DNA of 64,000 nt from positions 13,774-77,773 of the forward strand of contig CAMDWQ010000008.1 of assembly GCA_945877765.1 (NCBI GenBank), written 5' to 3'. This document shows positions 1 through 10,634 of the stretch, in pieces. A program made the position numbers and the translations under genes. The DNA comes from Candidatus Omnitrophota bacterium (lineage in GTDB: Bacteria > Omnitrophota > Gorgyraeia > 2-02-FULL-51-18). The notes beneath the pieces are model-generated. The model was not told where the DNA came from. It saw only the letters and a program-made list of their open reading frames with translations, and made no database searches. Numbering within the stretch: position 1 is the stretch's first letter; every line of letters begins with the position of its first letter.

Positions 1-1
1 T

Positions 2-166
2 CGTGATTTGGACGGTGTGAGTATTGTCGCCAAAGATTGTTATTTGGCGCGCAATGCGATCGGGAGTGTTGCCGTCGTCGGCCCTACCCGTATGAAATAC
101 GCAAAAGTGGTTTCGGTGATTGAATTTGTCGCGGATTCTGTAACCGATCAGCTGGAAAGGTTTTAA
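2..166 (+). CDS. hrcA: Heat-inducible transcription repressor HrcA, C-terminal fragment (5' end lies outside the window)
   Basis: Frame 2 is open from the window edge to a TAA at 164-166. Its translation ...AIGSVAVVGPTRMKYAKVVSVIEFVADSVTDQLERF matches the HrcA C-terminus (IGPxRMdY motif). It sits directly upstream of grpE-dnaK-dnaJ, the canonical hrcA operon order. Confidence 0.6.
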   Translation, partial: RDLDGVSIVAKDCYLARNAIGSVAVVGPTRMKYAKVVSVIEFVADSVTDQLERF

Positions 167-167
167 A

Positions 168-2667
<2,500 letters not shown>

Positions 2668-2673
2668 TCCTCA

Positions 2674-3804
2674 ATGTCTTCCCGTAAGCGCGACTATTAC
2701 GAAGTCCTGGGTGTGGGCCGCTCTGCGGACGCCGATGAAGTAAAAAAGGCGTTTCGCAAAGCGGCTTTAGCCCACCATCCCGACCGAAATCCAGGCGATA
2801 AAAAAGCCGAAGATAATTTCCGGGAAGCCAGCGAAGCCTACCAAGTTCTTTCCGATCCCCAAAAACGTCAGATCTACAACCAGTACGGCCATGAGGGTTT
2901 AAACGCCAATGGCGGGATGGGAGGCGGTTTTTCCTCGTCTGGTTTTGAAGATGTATTCGAGGGAATTTTTGAGGATTTCTTCGGTGGCAGCGGCGGAGGC
3001 CGAGGCCGGTCCCGTGCCGCGCGCGGCAGTGACCTTCAGTACGAGATCGAGATCTCATTTGAAGAGGCCGCTTTTGGTGTCCAGAGATCAATTGATCTAA
3101 AACGCGAAGAAACCTGCGGCAACTGCCGCGGCGAGGGCGCTAAGCCCGGTACCTCCAAAAAAACCTGTCCCACTTGTCACGGACAGGGGAAAGTTCTGAC
3201 CTCGAGCGGTTTTTTCAGCATTTCCCGTCCCTGCAGCCGTTGCAATGGCGAAGGGGTGATGATTGAACATGCTTGCAGCGTGTGTCGAGGCTCCGGCCGA
3301 GTAGTCTCCGACAGAAAAATTGAAATTAAAATTCCCCCAGGCATTGATGCCGGCCAGAGGCTTCGCATGAACGGGGAGGGCGAAGCAGGCGTGCGCGGCG
3401 GCCCTCGTGGCGACCTCTACATCGATATTCACGTCGAACCCCATGAATTTTTTAAACGCGACGGCAACAAAGTCATCTGCGCTGTCCCCATCAGTTTTGT
3501 GGAAGCCTCTCTTGGCTGTGAAATCCAAGTCCCAACACTCTCCGGCAATCACGAGCTTAAAATTCCCGCTGGCACACAAAATGGAAAAGTATTTAGACTA
3601 AAAGGGAAGGGTATCGCATCCTTGCAAGGCCATGAGTTGGGTGACCAGGAAGTCCAAATCCTCATCGAAACCCCCACACATCTTTCTGATAAACAAAAAG
3701 AGCTGCTTAAACAATTCGCCACACTTTCGAATGAAAAAGTAAACCCCATCACGTCCTCATTTATGGAAAAAGCCAAAAAACTATTCTCAAAAGAGGACAA
3801 ATAA
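2674..3804 (+). CDS. dnaJ: Co-chaperone DnaJ
   Basis: J-domain with HPD motif (HHPDRNPGD), a Gly/Phe-rich linker, and four CxxCxGxG zinc-finger repeats ([32 protein letters not shown]). Confidence 0.95.
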   Translation: MSSRKRDYYEVLGVGRSADADEVKKAFRKAALAHHPDRNPGDKKAEDNFREASEAYQVLSDPQKRQIYNQYGHEGLNANGGMGGGFSSSGFEDVFEGIFEDFFGGSGGGRGRSRAARGSDLQYEIEISFEEAAFGVQRSIDLKREETCGNCRGEGAKPGTSKKTCPTCHGQGKVLTSSGFFSISRPCSRCNGEGVMIEHACSVCRGSGRVVSDRKIEIKIPPGIDAGQRLRMNGEGEAGVRGGPRGDLYIDIHVEPHEFFKRDGNKVICAVPISFVEASLGCEIQVPTLSGNHELKIPAGTQNGKVFRLKGKGIASLQGHELGDQEVQILIETPTHLSDKQKELLKQFATLSNEKVNPITSSFMEKAKKLFSKEDK

Positions 3805-3806
3805 AC

Positions 3807-4085
3807 ATGCCCACCTACGAATATAAATGCCTCAAATGCAAAAAGCATTTCGATAAACTCCAAAGCATGAGCGAAAAACCACTTAAGAGCTGCATTTACT
3901 GCAAAGGCAAAGTCGAGCGCCTCATCGGCGGCGGAGCAGGACTTATCTTTAAGGGTAGTGGATTTTACATCACGGATTATAAGAATAAATCCACCTCAGG
4001 ATCAGCTTCGGACTCGAGCAAACCTAAAGAAACTAAAACGGATAGCGCGCCCGTTAAGAAAGTGGAGAAGACGGATAAGAAATAG
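3807..4085 (+). CDS. FmdB-family zinc-ribbon putative regulatory protein with a Ser/Lys-rich tail
   Basis: MPTYEYKCLKCKKHFDKLQSMSEKPLKSCIYCKGKVERLIG...KGSGFYITDY matches the FmdB/CxxC_CxxC_SSSS family consensus (YEYxCxxCG…CPxCG…GxGFY). It begins 3 nt after the dnaJ stop. Confidence 0.75.
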   Translation: MPTYEYKCLKCKKHFDKLQSMSEKPLKSCIYCKGKVERLIGGGAGLIFKGSGFYITDYKNKSTSGSASDSSKPKETKTDSAPVKKVEKTDKK

Positions 4086-4261
4086 TGTTGCGCCAGGGCC
4101 TGGCCGGGAAATCTTTTCGGGCCGGCGTTAAATTTGCCCCACCGTGGCAAATTAAACTCGGAGATGAGAGCTCGCTCGTCCCGTCTATTACGACGGGACA
4201 CCATGGCCGCTCGCCTCATCTACGCGTCCCAAAAAGATTTCCCGGCCACCCGGCGGGGTGC
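4086..4261 (+). repeat. Copy A of a ~176-bp palindromic, multi-hairpin (MITE-like) repeat
   Basis: 16-bp terminal inverted repeats GGCCGGGAAATCTTTT (4103-4118) and AAAAGATTTCCCGGCC (4232-4247). Outer arms gtgttgcgccRgggcctg and cacccggcgSggtgc. Internal hairpins ttaaatttgcc/ggcaaattaaa and gtcccgtc/gacgggac lie inside a gatgag/ctcatc stem. It is about 90% identical to the reverse complement of 5186-5363 and to 59044-59217. Confidence 0.65.
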
Positions 4262-4327
4262 GCAGTGTCACCGCAACCAAGGCTAACGAGGTCTGGCAAT
4301 ATTGTTGGAATCAAAAGGATAGATATA

Positions 4328-4990
4328 ATGACTCATCAAGAAACGCAGAAATCATTTTGTAATAGATGTAAGAATATGAATAAGCATATTGTTCGGTATA
4401 AAAAAGTTGAACATGAATCCGAAGAAATTGACGAAGGATTTTCAGTTGAATGGGCTTATACTTACTATCTTTTAGAATGCTCTGGGTGTGAAGAGTTGTC
4501 ATTTTGTAAAGAAACTTTTTGGCCAAATGAATCTGTGGACATGGAGTTTTACCCACCTCGTGTTTCTAGAAGTAAACCTATTTGGTTTGATCAATTGCCC
4601 GAAGAATACCAAGAAATCCTCTCTGAAATTTATTCAGTTCTGCATATGGATAATCGTAGACTTGCGATGATGGGCGCGCGGTGTGTCATAGATTTGTTTA
4701 TTACTCGTAAAGTTGGCGATCAAGGAAGATTTGATCTAGGTATGAAGATGCTCGAAGCAAAAGGGTACATAAGCAATAAAAATGCTATTTTTTTGAAGGC
4801 CGCTGTTGAAATAGGACACGCGTCAGCCCATCGTGGTCATAAGCCGACTATTACAAACGTTAATTCTGTCATTGATATTGTCGAAAATTTACTTCAACAA
4901 GGCGAAGTTCTATCCAATTCTGCAAAACTTCTCAAAAAATCAACTCCCAGAAGAAAGCGACTTAGCAGGCGTGCTGTTGGGAAGAATTAG
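4328..4990 (+). CDS. Hypothetical protein with an N-terminal CxxC…CxxC zinc ribbon and a C-terminal DUF4145-like domain; possible defence or horizontally acquired cargo
   Basis: ATG at 4328 is preceded by AAGGA and a gatataat box. The N-terminus has CNRC…CSGC. The C-terminal segment …MLEAKGYISNKNAIFLKAAVEIGHASAHRGH fits the DUF4145 pattern (conserved A and H, GNxAAH-like). Codon usage is markedly AT-richer than the neighbours. The track ORF 4085-4990 N-terminal extension is read-through of repeat A. Confidence 0.6.
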   Translation: MTHQETQKSFCNRCKNMNKHIVRYKKVEHESEEIDEGFSVEWAYTYYLLECSGCEELSFCKETFWPNESVDMEFYPPRVSRSKPIWFDQLPEEYQEILSEIYSVLHMDNRRLAMMGARCVIDLFITRKVGDQGRFDLGMKMLEAKGYISNKNAIFLKAAVEIGHASAHRGHKPTITNVNSVIDIVENLLQQGEVLSNSAKLLKKSTPRRKRLSRRAVGKN

Positions 4991-5185
4991 CTTTTTTATT
5001 ATATCAATTGTACATAATATCCCCGTTTGGGCAGATCGGGAAGACGTGTTGTTTCTATGTTGAGCGGAGGAATATACTCTCTTTATTCGCCAAGCGAATA
5101 AAAGCCGCTGAAAGCGGCGGCAGGGGGGCATTTTTTTTGCACGAGCCTGCCAGAGAGTGCGAGTGTATAAAAGTTCTACACAATT

Positions 5186-5363
5186 GCACCGCGCCGGGTG
5201 GCCGGGGAATCTTTTTGGGACGCGTAGATGAGGCGAGCGGCCACGGTGTCCCGTCGTAATAGACGGGACGAGCGAGCCCTCATCTATCGAGTTTATTTTG
5301 CCTGGGCGGGGCAAAATAAACGCCGGCCCGAAAAGATTCCCCGGCCAGGCCCCGGCGCAACAC
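5186..5363 (-). repeat. Copy B (inverted orientation) of the ~176-bp palindromic repeat
   Basis: Reverse complement of 4086-4261 at about 90% identity. TIRs are GGCCGGGGAATCTTTTT (5200-5216) and AAAAGATTCCCCGGCC (5331-5346). The internal hairpin is ttattttgcc/ggcaaaataa, a compensatory variant of copy A. Confidence 0.65.
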
Positions 5364-5543
5364 CTATGCCACTGCACCATCAGAGCCCCTCACTTACGTT
5401 AATCGTAAAAAATTAAGAAAATAGTTTTGACGAAAACCGGCCTTTCTGTCGTCAAGTAGGGTAGAGGGAGGTCTTCATAATGCCAATAGAAGATAACGTT
5501 ATTGCCACTTGCACAGTATACGTTAATATGGTATATTTTAAAC

Positions 5544-5837
5544 GTGATTGTTAGTTTTGGGGATCAGGCGACGGAAGATATGTTTCACGGGATGTCTTCC
5601 AAAAAGGCGTTGAGAGCGGTGCCTGTCGATCTTTGGAGAGTGTCCCAAAGAAAGCTTGATATGTTGCACGCTGCCCAGGATTTAATTGATCTGAGGGTTC
5701 CACCTAACAATCGCCTTGAGAGCTTAAGAGAGGATCTCGAAGGTTATTATTCAATACGCATTAATGTTCAGTACCGACTTATTTTTAAATGGGCACCAGG
5801 CAGTGCTTCCGAAGTGCAGATCGTTGATTATCATTAG
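5544..5837 (+). CDS. higB: HigB-like toxin (RelE/ParE superfamily, plasmid-maintenance killer protein PF05015 type)
   Basis: …IVSFGDQATEDMFHG…YYSIRINVQYRLIFKW…VQIVDYH matches the HigB-2/PF05015 consensus (SFKxKxxExLF.G … IRINxQWRxxF … IxDYH). The start is uncertain: GTG at 5544 was chosen so the protein begins at the conserved N-terminus. The track ORF begins at ATG 5502. Confidence 0.7.
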   Translation: MIVSFGDQATEDMFHGMSSKKALRAVPVDLWRVSQRKLDMLHAAQDLIDLRVPPNNRLESLREDLEGYYSIRINVQYRLIFKWAPGSASEVQIVDYH

Positions 5838-5846
5838 GAGAAACAA

Positions 5847-6119
5847 ATGATCCCGACCAATAGAAAACCCAGTCATCCCGGCGAAATACTCCTGACGGAG
5901 TTTTTGGAGCCACTCAAAATGAGCCAGTCCGAATTGGCCAAAAAAATGGGTGTGCCTATTCAGCGTGTGAATACGCTTATCAATAAAAAAAGAGGGGTGA
6001 CGGCCGAGACCGCCATTCTTCTGTCTGAAGTATTAAAAAATACCGCAGAATTTTGGATGAACCTGCAGGCTATCTACGATCTCTACGAAGCGCGCCAGAC
6101 TCTTAAGAGCGCAGCCTAA
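5847..6119 (+). CDS. higA: HigA antitoxin (XRE-family HTH)
   Basis: SHPGEILLTEFLEPLKMSQSELAKKMGVPIQRVNTLINKKRGVTAETAILLSEVL…FWMNLQAIYDL is the typical HigA HTH_XRE sequence. It lies 9 nt downstream of higB and follows an AGGAG Shine-Dalgarno sequence. Confidence 0.8.
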   Translation: MIPTNRKPSHPGEILLTEFLEPLKMSQSELAKKMGVPIQRVNTLINKKRGVTAETAILLSEVLKNTAEFWMNLQAIYDLYEARQTLKSAA

Positions 6120-6130
6120 TAAGTGACAGC

Positions 6131-6286
6131 CTAGATACGCTCAATCGTATATTTAGGGCTATTATCGGCTTGTGGAATCGCCACTTTGTTGGCACTGCGC
6201 TGGAAAGCGGAGAACCACTTGTGTAAGGATCTCACCCGTCTTTTGCGCGCCAGATTGTCTAGATCAGCTTTGGTTACCGTTGTCAT
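6131..6286 (-). CDS. Possible small ORF (51 aa, MTTVTKADLDNLARKRRVRSLHKWFSAFQRSANKVAIPQADNSPKYTIERI); speculative
   Basis: Minus-strand ATG at 6286 is preceded by AGGAG at 7-nt spacing. It lies in an otherwise unexplained 330-bp gap between higA and the DUF1015 gene. No homology was recognised. Confidence 0.2.
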   Translation of the reverse strand: MTTVTKADLDNLARKRRVRSLHKWFSAFQRSANKVAIPQADNSPKYTIERI

Positions 6287-6447
6287 TGTTTCGCTCCTAG
6301 GCCTAGTTATTTTTGATTAAAATTGCTTATAGACCAAGCATACATGAGGCTTCGAGCCAATGCAACTGTTGATAATATTTCCACCTGGTTATTTCCAGTG
6401 CTATAATAGCCACTCATTTTTTAAACGGAAGATAAGGAAGCAAATCG

Positions 6448-7722
6448 ATGCCTGAAATTAAAGCGTTTCGCGGATGGCGTTACAACCCTGCCAAGAATCA
6501 AGATCTCTCTAAAGTTTTTGCGCCACCCTATGATGTCATCTCTCCTCGTCAGCAGAAAAAATTGTACGATGAAAATCCTCACAACGTGATCCGTCTGGAG
6601 TTGGGTACGGAAGAAGCGGGTGACTCGGTGATGAACAACAAATACACTCGCGCGGCCGATTACCTTAAAGAGTGGAAGACTCAGTCCATTTTAGTCCGTG
6701 AAGACGAGCCTGCACTTTACGTGTATATTCAGGATTATCAGGAAGAGGGCAAACAAAAGACACGTCTTGGATTTTTGTCTCTGATGAAAATTGACGAAAA
6801 AGCCGTATTGAAGCACGAGAATACACTTGCTGCCCCCAAAGAAGACCGCTTAAAGCTTTTGCGGGCCACACGTACCAATCTTAGCCCGATCTTTGGACTC
6901 TTTGAAGACAATAAAAAAGTCGTAAACTCTTTTCTTAAAAAAACAATGAGTCTTAAGCCGTTTGCCGATGTGACAATTGATGGCGTGCGTCACCGGCTTT
7001 TTATCGAGACGCGTGGAAATGTGTTGGCGGGGATTGAGAAAGCCATGAAGGGCAAGACCATGTACATCGCCGATGGGCATCACCGTTTTGAAACTGCTTG
7101 CAACTTTAAAAAAGAAGCAGGCACCAAAGGTCTTGCGGGTCCCGGCTACGTGATGACGTATTTTGCTGACTGTTACAACAACCCCTTTAAAATTTTTCCC
7201 ACACACCGCCTCATTAAAATTAAAGACGTGAAGAACTGGGAAAAGCTGGCAAAAATCGGAACGCATGAAAAAGTAAAAGATTTAAACACGCTGCTTAAGC
7301 ATTTAGAGGACTATCGTGAGGATGTACCGGGCAAGCCCTACGAATTTGGTTTTTATGCCAAAGGCCATGGTTTTCATCTTTTTAAAATGAACAAAGCCAC
7401 CGCCAAAAAAGTCAAAAACAATCCCGTCGACCGTCTGGATGTGGCGGTGCTCCACCAGTTCATCATTGACCCTTGTTTTGGAATTAAAAAAATCGAGAAA
7501 TCCGAACAAATTGATTTTACGCGCTCCCCCGAAGATGCGGTTGCCCGCGTGGATCACGGGTTGTTTGACGCAGCTTTATTTTTGAGGCCGACATCCCTTA
7601 AGGAAATGATACTTGCCTCGAAAAAAGGCTTAAAGATGCCGCAGAAATCGACCTATTTTTATCCCAAACTTCTATCGGGCCTGGTGTTTCACAGCTTTGA
7701 GGATGGGATTCAAAACCAATGA
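6448..7722 (+). CDS. DUF1015-family protein
   Basis: The N-terminus MPEIKAFRGWRYNP…VFAPPYDVISPRQQKKLYDENPHNVIRLEL matches the characteristic DUF1015 signature (I.PF.G.RY……APPYDVI). Confidence 0.75.
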   Translation: MPEIKAFRGWRYNPAKNQDLSKVFAPPYDVISPRQQKKLYDENPHNVIRLELGTEEAGDSVMNNKYTRAADYLKEWKTQSILVREDEPALYVYIQDYQEEGKQKTRLGFLSLMKIDEKAVLKHENTLAAPKEDRLKLLRATRTNLSPIFGLFEDNKKVVNSFLKKTMSLKPFADVTIDGVRHRLFIETRGNVLAGIEKAMKGKTMYIADGHHRFETACNFKKEAGTKGLAGPGYVMTYFADCYNNPFKIFPTHRLIKIKDVKNWEKLAKIGTHEKVKDLNTLLKHLEDYREDVPGKPYEFGFYAKGHGFHLFKMNKATAKKVKNNPVDRLDVAVLHQFIIDPCFGIKKIEKSEQIDFTRSPEDAVARVDHGLFDAALFLRPTSLKEMILASKKGLKMPQKSTYFYPKLLSGLVFHSFEDGIQNQ

Positions 7723-8423
7723 TTAAACCCAAGGCGCTGACCTCCATTTCTTTCTTTTTTCCCTGCTACAACGAAGCTGAAAACGTGGGGTCTATGATTG
7801 AGCAGTGCGTGAAAGTTGGTGAAGATTACGGTGTGGATTATGAGGTGATTGTCGTGGATGACGGCAGTCGTGACCAGTCGGCTGAAATTGTCAAGCGCTG
7901 GTCCGCCAAAAATCCGCGTGTACGGTTGGTCCAGCACCCGCAAAATTGCGGGTACGGCGCGGCCTTACGCACGGGGATTAAGAGCGCCACCAAAGAGCTC
8001 GTTTTTTTAACCGACGGCGATAATCAATTTCATCTAGCGGATATTGAAAAGCTTTTTTCTAAAATTGACAGCTGTGATGTGGTGGCAGGTTACCGCATCG
8101 TTCGACAGGACAAGATTCACCGCCGTTTGAATGGTTTTCTATGGACGCAGCTCAACAAGACTTTGTTTGGCCTTAAAATCCGCGATGTAGACTGTGCTTT
8201 TAAGCTTTTTCGCAGGAAGTGTCTCGATGGCCTGGAGCTTGAGTCCAACCAGCTTTTGATTCATGCGGAAATTTTGGCTCGCTTAAAGAAGAAGGGTTGC
8301 AAAGTCGAAGAAATCGGCATCCCTCATTATCCGCGCACCGCGGGAAAAGCGACCGCCACGCAGCCGATTCGAATTCTTAAGACATTTGGCGAGCTTTTTG
8401 GGCTGTTTTGGAAGATTCGATAG
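7719..8423 (+). CDS. Family 2 glycosyltransferase (dolichol-phosphate mannosyltransferase-like)
   Basis: ISFFFPCYNEAENV…EVIVVDDGSRDQS…LTDGDNQF shows GT2 DxD and DDGS motifs. It overlaps the previous stop by 4 nt. Confidence 0.8.
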   Translation: MIKPKALTSISFFFPCYNEAENVGSMIEQCVKVGEDYGVDYEVIVVDDGSRDQSAEIVKRWSAKNPRVRLVQHPQNCGYGAALRTGIKSATKELVFLTDGDNQFHLADIEKLFSKIDSCDVVAGYRIVRQDKIHRRLNGFLWTQLNKTLFGLKIRDVDCAFKLFRRKCLDGLELESNQLLIHAEILARLKKKGCKVEEIGIPHYPRTAGKATATQPIRILKTFGELFGLFWKIR

Positions 8424-8489
8424 ACCATTGGAACAAACCCTGTTCTGTGCTATCATTTTTAGTTTATTAAGCTAAAAAGGGGTTAGCGC

Positions 8490-9344
8490 ATGCCTTTTAA
8501 TGAAAGATCGAAAACCAACTCCGCTGTACGACTGGTCAAGCGCCGGGATATTCCCGAAGGGATATGGACCAAATGCGACCAATGCGGCGAGATTATCTAC
8601 AATAAAACTCTCGAGGAAGACGCGAAGGTCTGTCCCAAATGCGATTACCACTTTACTTTGTCCGCCAAAGAGCGGGTGGCTCAGCTCATCGATGAGGGAA
8701 CGTTTAAGGAAATGGACCATCTCCTGACTTCCGGGGACCCTCTCAAATTTCGCGGCCCCAAAGCTTATCCTATCAAATTAAAGGAAGACCAGTTGGCAAC
8801 CGGATTGATTGATGCGGTCATTACCGGGGAAGGCTGCATGGAAGGAAAGAAGGTGGCTCTTGGCGTCACGGATTCTCGGTTTATCATGGGCTCCATGGGT
8901 TCTGTTGTTGGCGAGAAACTCACCCGCTTGATTGAGCACGCCACCAAAAAGAAACTTCCGGTCATTATTGTTTCTGGCTCCGGCGGCGGCGCGCGCATGT
9001 ACGAGGGAATGTTTTCGCTCATGCAGATGGCCAAAACCTCCCAAGCGCTTGCCAAACACCATGAGGCGAAGCTTCTATTTATTTCCGTTTTGACCAATCC
9101 CACCATGGCTGGCATCATGGCCAGTTTTGCGTCACTGGGGGATCTTATTGTGGCGGAGCCACGGGCGCTCATTGGTTTTACTGGGCCGCGTGTCATTGAA
9201 CAGACGATACGTCAGAAGCTGCCTCCCGGCTTCCAGACTTCCGAATTTTTGCTCGAGCACGGCATGATTGATAAAATTATTCACCGCAGGCAAATGAAAC
9301 CGTCGCTGCATCAATTTGTTAGTTTTTTTCATTCCAACGATTAA
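8490..9344 (+). CDS. accD: Acetyl-CoA carboxylase carboxyltransferase beta subunit
   Basis: N-terminal zinc ribbon CDQCGEIIYNKTLEEDAKVCPKCDYHF followed by the carboxyltransferase domain (GSMGSVVGEK…SGGARMYEG). Confidence 0.9.
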   Translation: MPFNERSKTNSAVRLVKRRDIPEGIWTKCDQCGEIIYNKTLEEDAKVCPKCDYHFTLSAKERVAQLIDEGTFKEMDHLLTSGDPLKFRGPKAYPIKLKEDQLATGLIDAVITGEGCMEGKKVALGVTDSRFIMGSMGSVVGEKLTRLIEHATKKKLPVIIVSGSGGGARMYEGMFSLMQMAKTSQALAKHHEAKLLFISVLTNPTMAGIMASFASLGDLIVAEPRALIGFTGPRVIEQTIRQKLPPGFQTSEFLLEHGMIDKIIHRRQMKPSLHQFVSFFHSND

Positions 9345-9366
9345 AAGATAAAAAGGGAAAAGCGCT

Positions 9367-10470
9367 ATGGCCCAAGTCACACTCGTCAATTTGAATAAAG
9401 TTTATGGTGCTAATACACTGGCCGTTAATAATGTCAGCCTTGCGATTGAACGCCGCGAGTTTATTGTGCTTGTGGGGCCCTCAGGTTGCGGCAAGACGAC
9501 GACGCTTCGTATGATCGCGGGTTTAGAGGATATCACCAGCGGTAAAATTTATATTGGCGATAAAATTGTCAACGATGTCCCGCCCAAGGACCGCGATATC
9601 GCGATGGTATTTCAAAACTACGCTCTTTATCCGCACATGACGGTGTTTGAAAACATGGCGTTTGCACTAAAACTGCGCAAGTATCCAAAAGCAGAAATTG
9701 AAGCGCGTGTCAATGATGCGGCTGAGATTTTGGGCATCAAGCAATATCTTCATCGCAAACCCAAAGAGCTTTCAGGTGGCCAGAGGCAGCGCGTGGCCCT
9801 GGGTCGGGCTATTGTCCGCAAACCTATGGTTTTCTTGTTCGATGAACCCTTAAGTAATCTGGACGCAAAAATGAGAGTGCAGATGCGCACAGAGATCAAA
9901 AAGCTCCACCAGAGGCTCCAGGCGACTATCGTGTATGTGACTCACGACCAGACAGAAGCGATGACGATGGGGGACCGCATCGTCGTCATGAAGGATGGAG
10001 TTGTCCAACAGGTTGCCGACCCAATTTCGCTTTACGATTATCCGGTTAATAAATTTGTGGCTAGTTTTATCGGGAGCCCGCCGATGAATTTTATCACGGG
10101 TCAGATCATCAAGCTCGACAGTCGCTATTATTTTCAGAGCGGGCCATTTCGTGTTGGCGTTGCCGAAAAGGCCGTGGAAAAAATCAAAGCTTATGAGGGC
10201 AAGGAAATTGTTTTTGGGATACGCTCGGAAGATATCTATGACAAGTTGTTCGCCACAGAGGCGTCATCCGAAAATACGGTTCGCGCGACTTGCGAAGTAG
10301 TCGAACCAATGGGGGCTGAGGCGTACCTTTATCTGCGCTGCGGTCAAAACTCGTTCATTGCGCGTGTTTCAGGTCACGTGCGCCCTGGCGTCAATCAAGA
10401 TTTGGATCTTGTGATTGATAGCAACAAGGCCCATTTTTTTGACGTGAGTACGGAGCAAACAATTTTATAA
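9367..10470 (+). CDS. ABC transporter ATP-binding protein, MalK/UgpC-type with C-terminal TOBE domain; no adjacent permease genes
   Basis: Walker A GPSGCGKTT, signature LSGGQRQRVALGRA and Walker B VFLFDEPLSNLD. The length and C-terminal regulatory domain are typical of sugar-importer ATPases. Confidence 0.85.
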   Translation: MAQVTLVNLNKVYGANTLAVNNVSLAIERREFIVLVGPSGCGKTTTLRMIAGLEDITSGKIYIGDKIVNDVPPKDRDIAMVFQNYALYPHMTVFENMAFALKLRKYPKAEIEARVNDAAEILGIKQYLHRKPKELSGGQRQRVALGRAIVRKPMVFLFDEPLSNLDAKMRVQMRTEIKKLHQRLQATIVYVTHDQTEAMTMGDRIVVMKDGVVQQVADPISLYDYPVNKFVASFIGSPPMNFITGQIIKLDSRYYFQSGPFRVGVAEKAVEKIKAYEGKEIVFGIRSEDIYDKLFATEASSENTVRATCEVVEPMGAEAYLYLRCGQNSFIARVSGHVRPGVNQDLDLVIDSNKAHFFDVSTEQTIL

Positions 10471-10634
10471 TAGACGCCAGCGTCGCTTGAGGAGGTTGGT
10501 TCTTGCGAAGCTTTGGTGTGGGAGGATAGATCCTGCCGCCATTTTTTATACCCCTATTTTCATTTGGGCTATGGCTGTGTCTAGTTTTTTTTCTTTTTAA
10601 TATTCTTCGGCTTGACTTAAGTGTCGCCGAACAG

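Noticed and set aside
4085-4327. N-terminal 81 codons of the track ORF 4085..4990 (GLAGKSFRAGVKFAPPWQ…)
   Set aside because: This stretch is a translation straight through repeat copy A. The same peptide-like string reappears from copy C (ORF 58984..59247) and, in reverse, from copy B (ORFs 4940..5380-, 5228..5416+, 5008..5259+). All are artefacts of the repeat. The real gene starts at ATG 4328.
5104-5138. gccgct-gaa-agcggc hairpin followed 12 nt later by T8, downstream of the DUF4145-like gene, considered as an intrinsic terminator
   Set aside because: The stem is only 6 bp and the U-tract is separated from it by a 12-nt G-rich spacer, so it does not fit a canonical rho-independent terminator. 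It was left unannotated.
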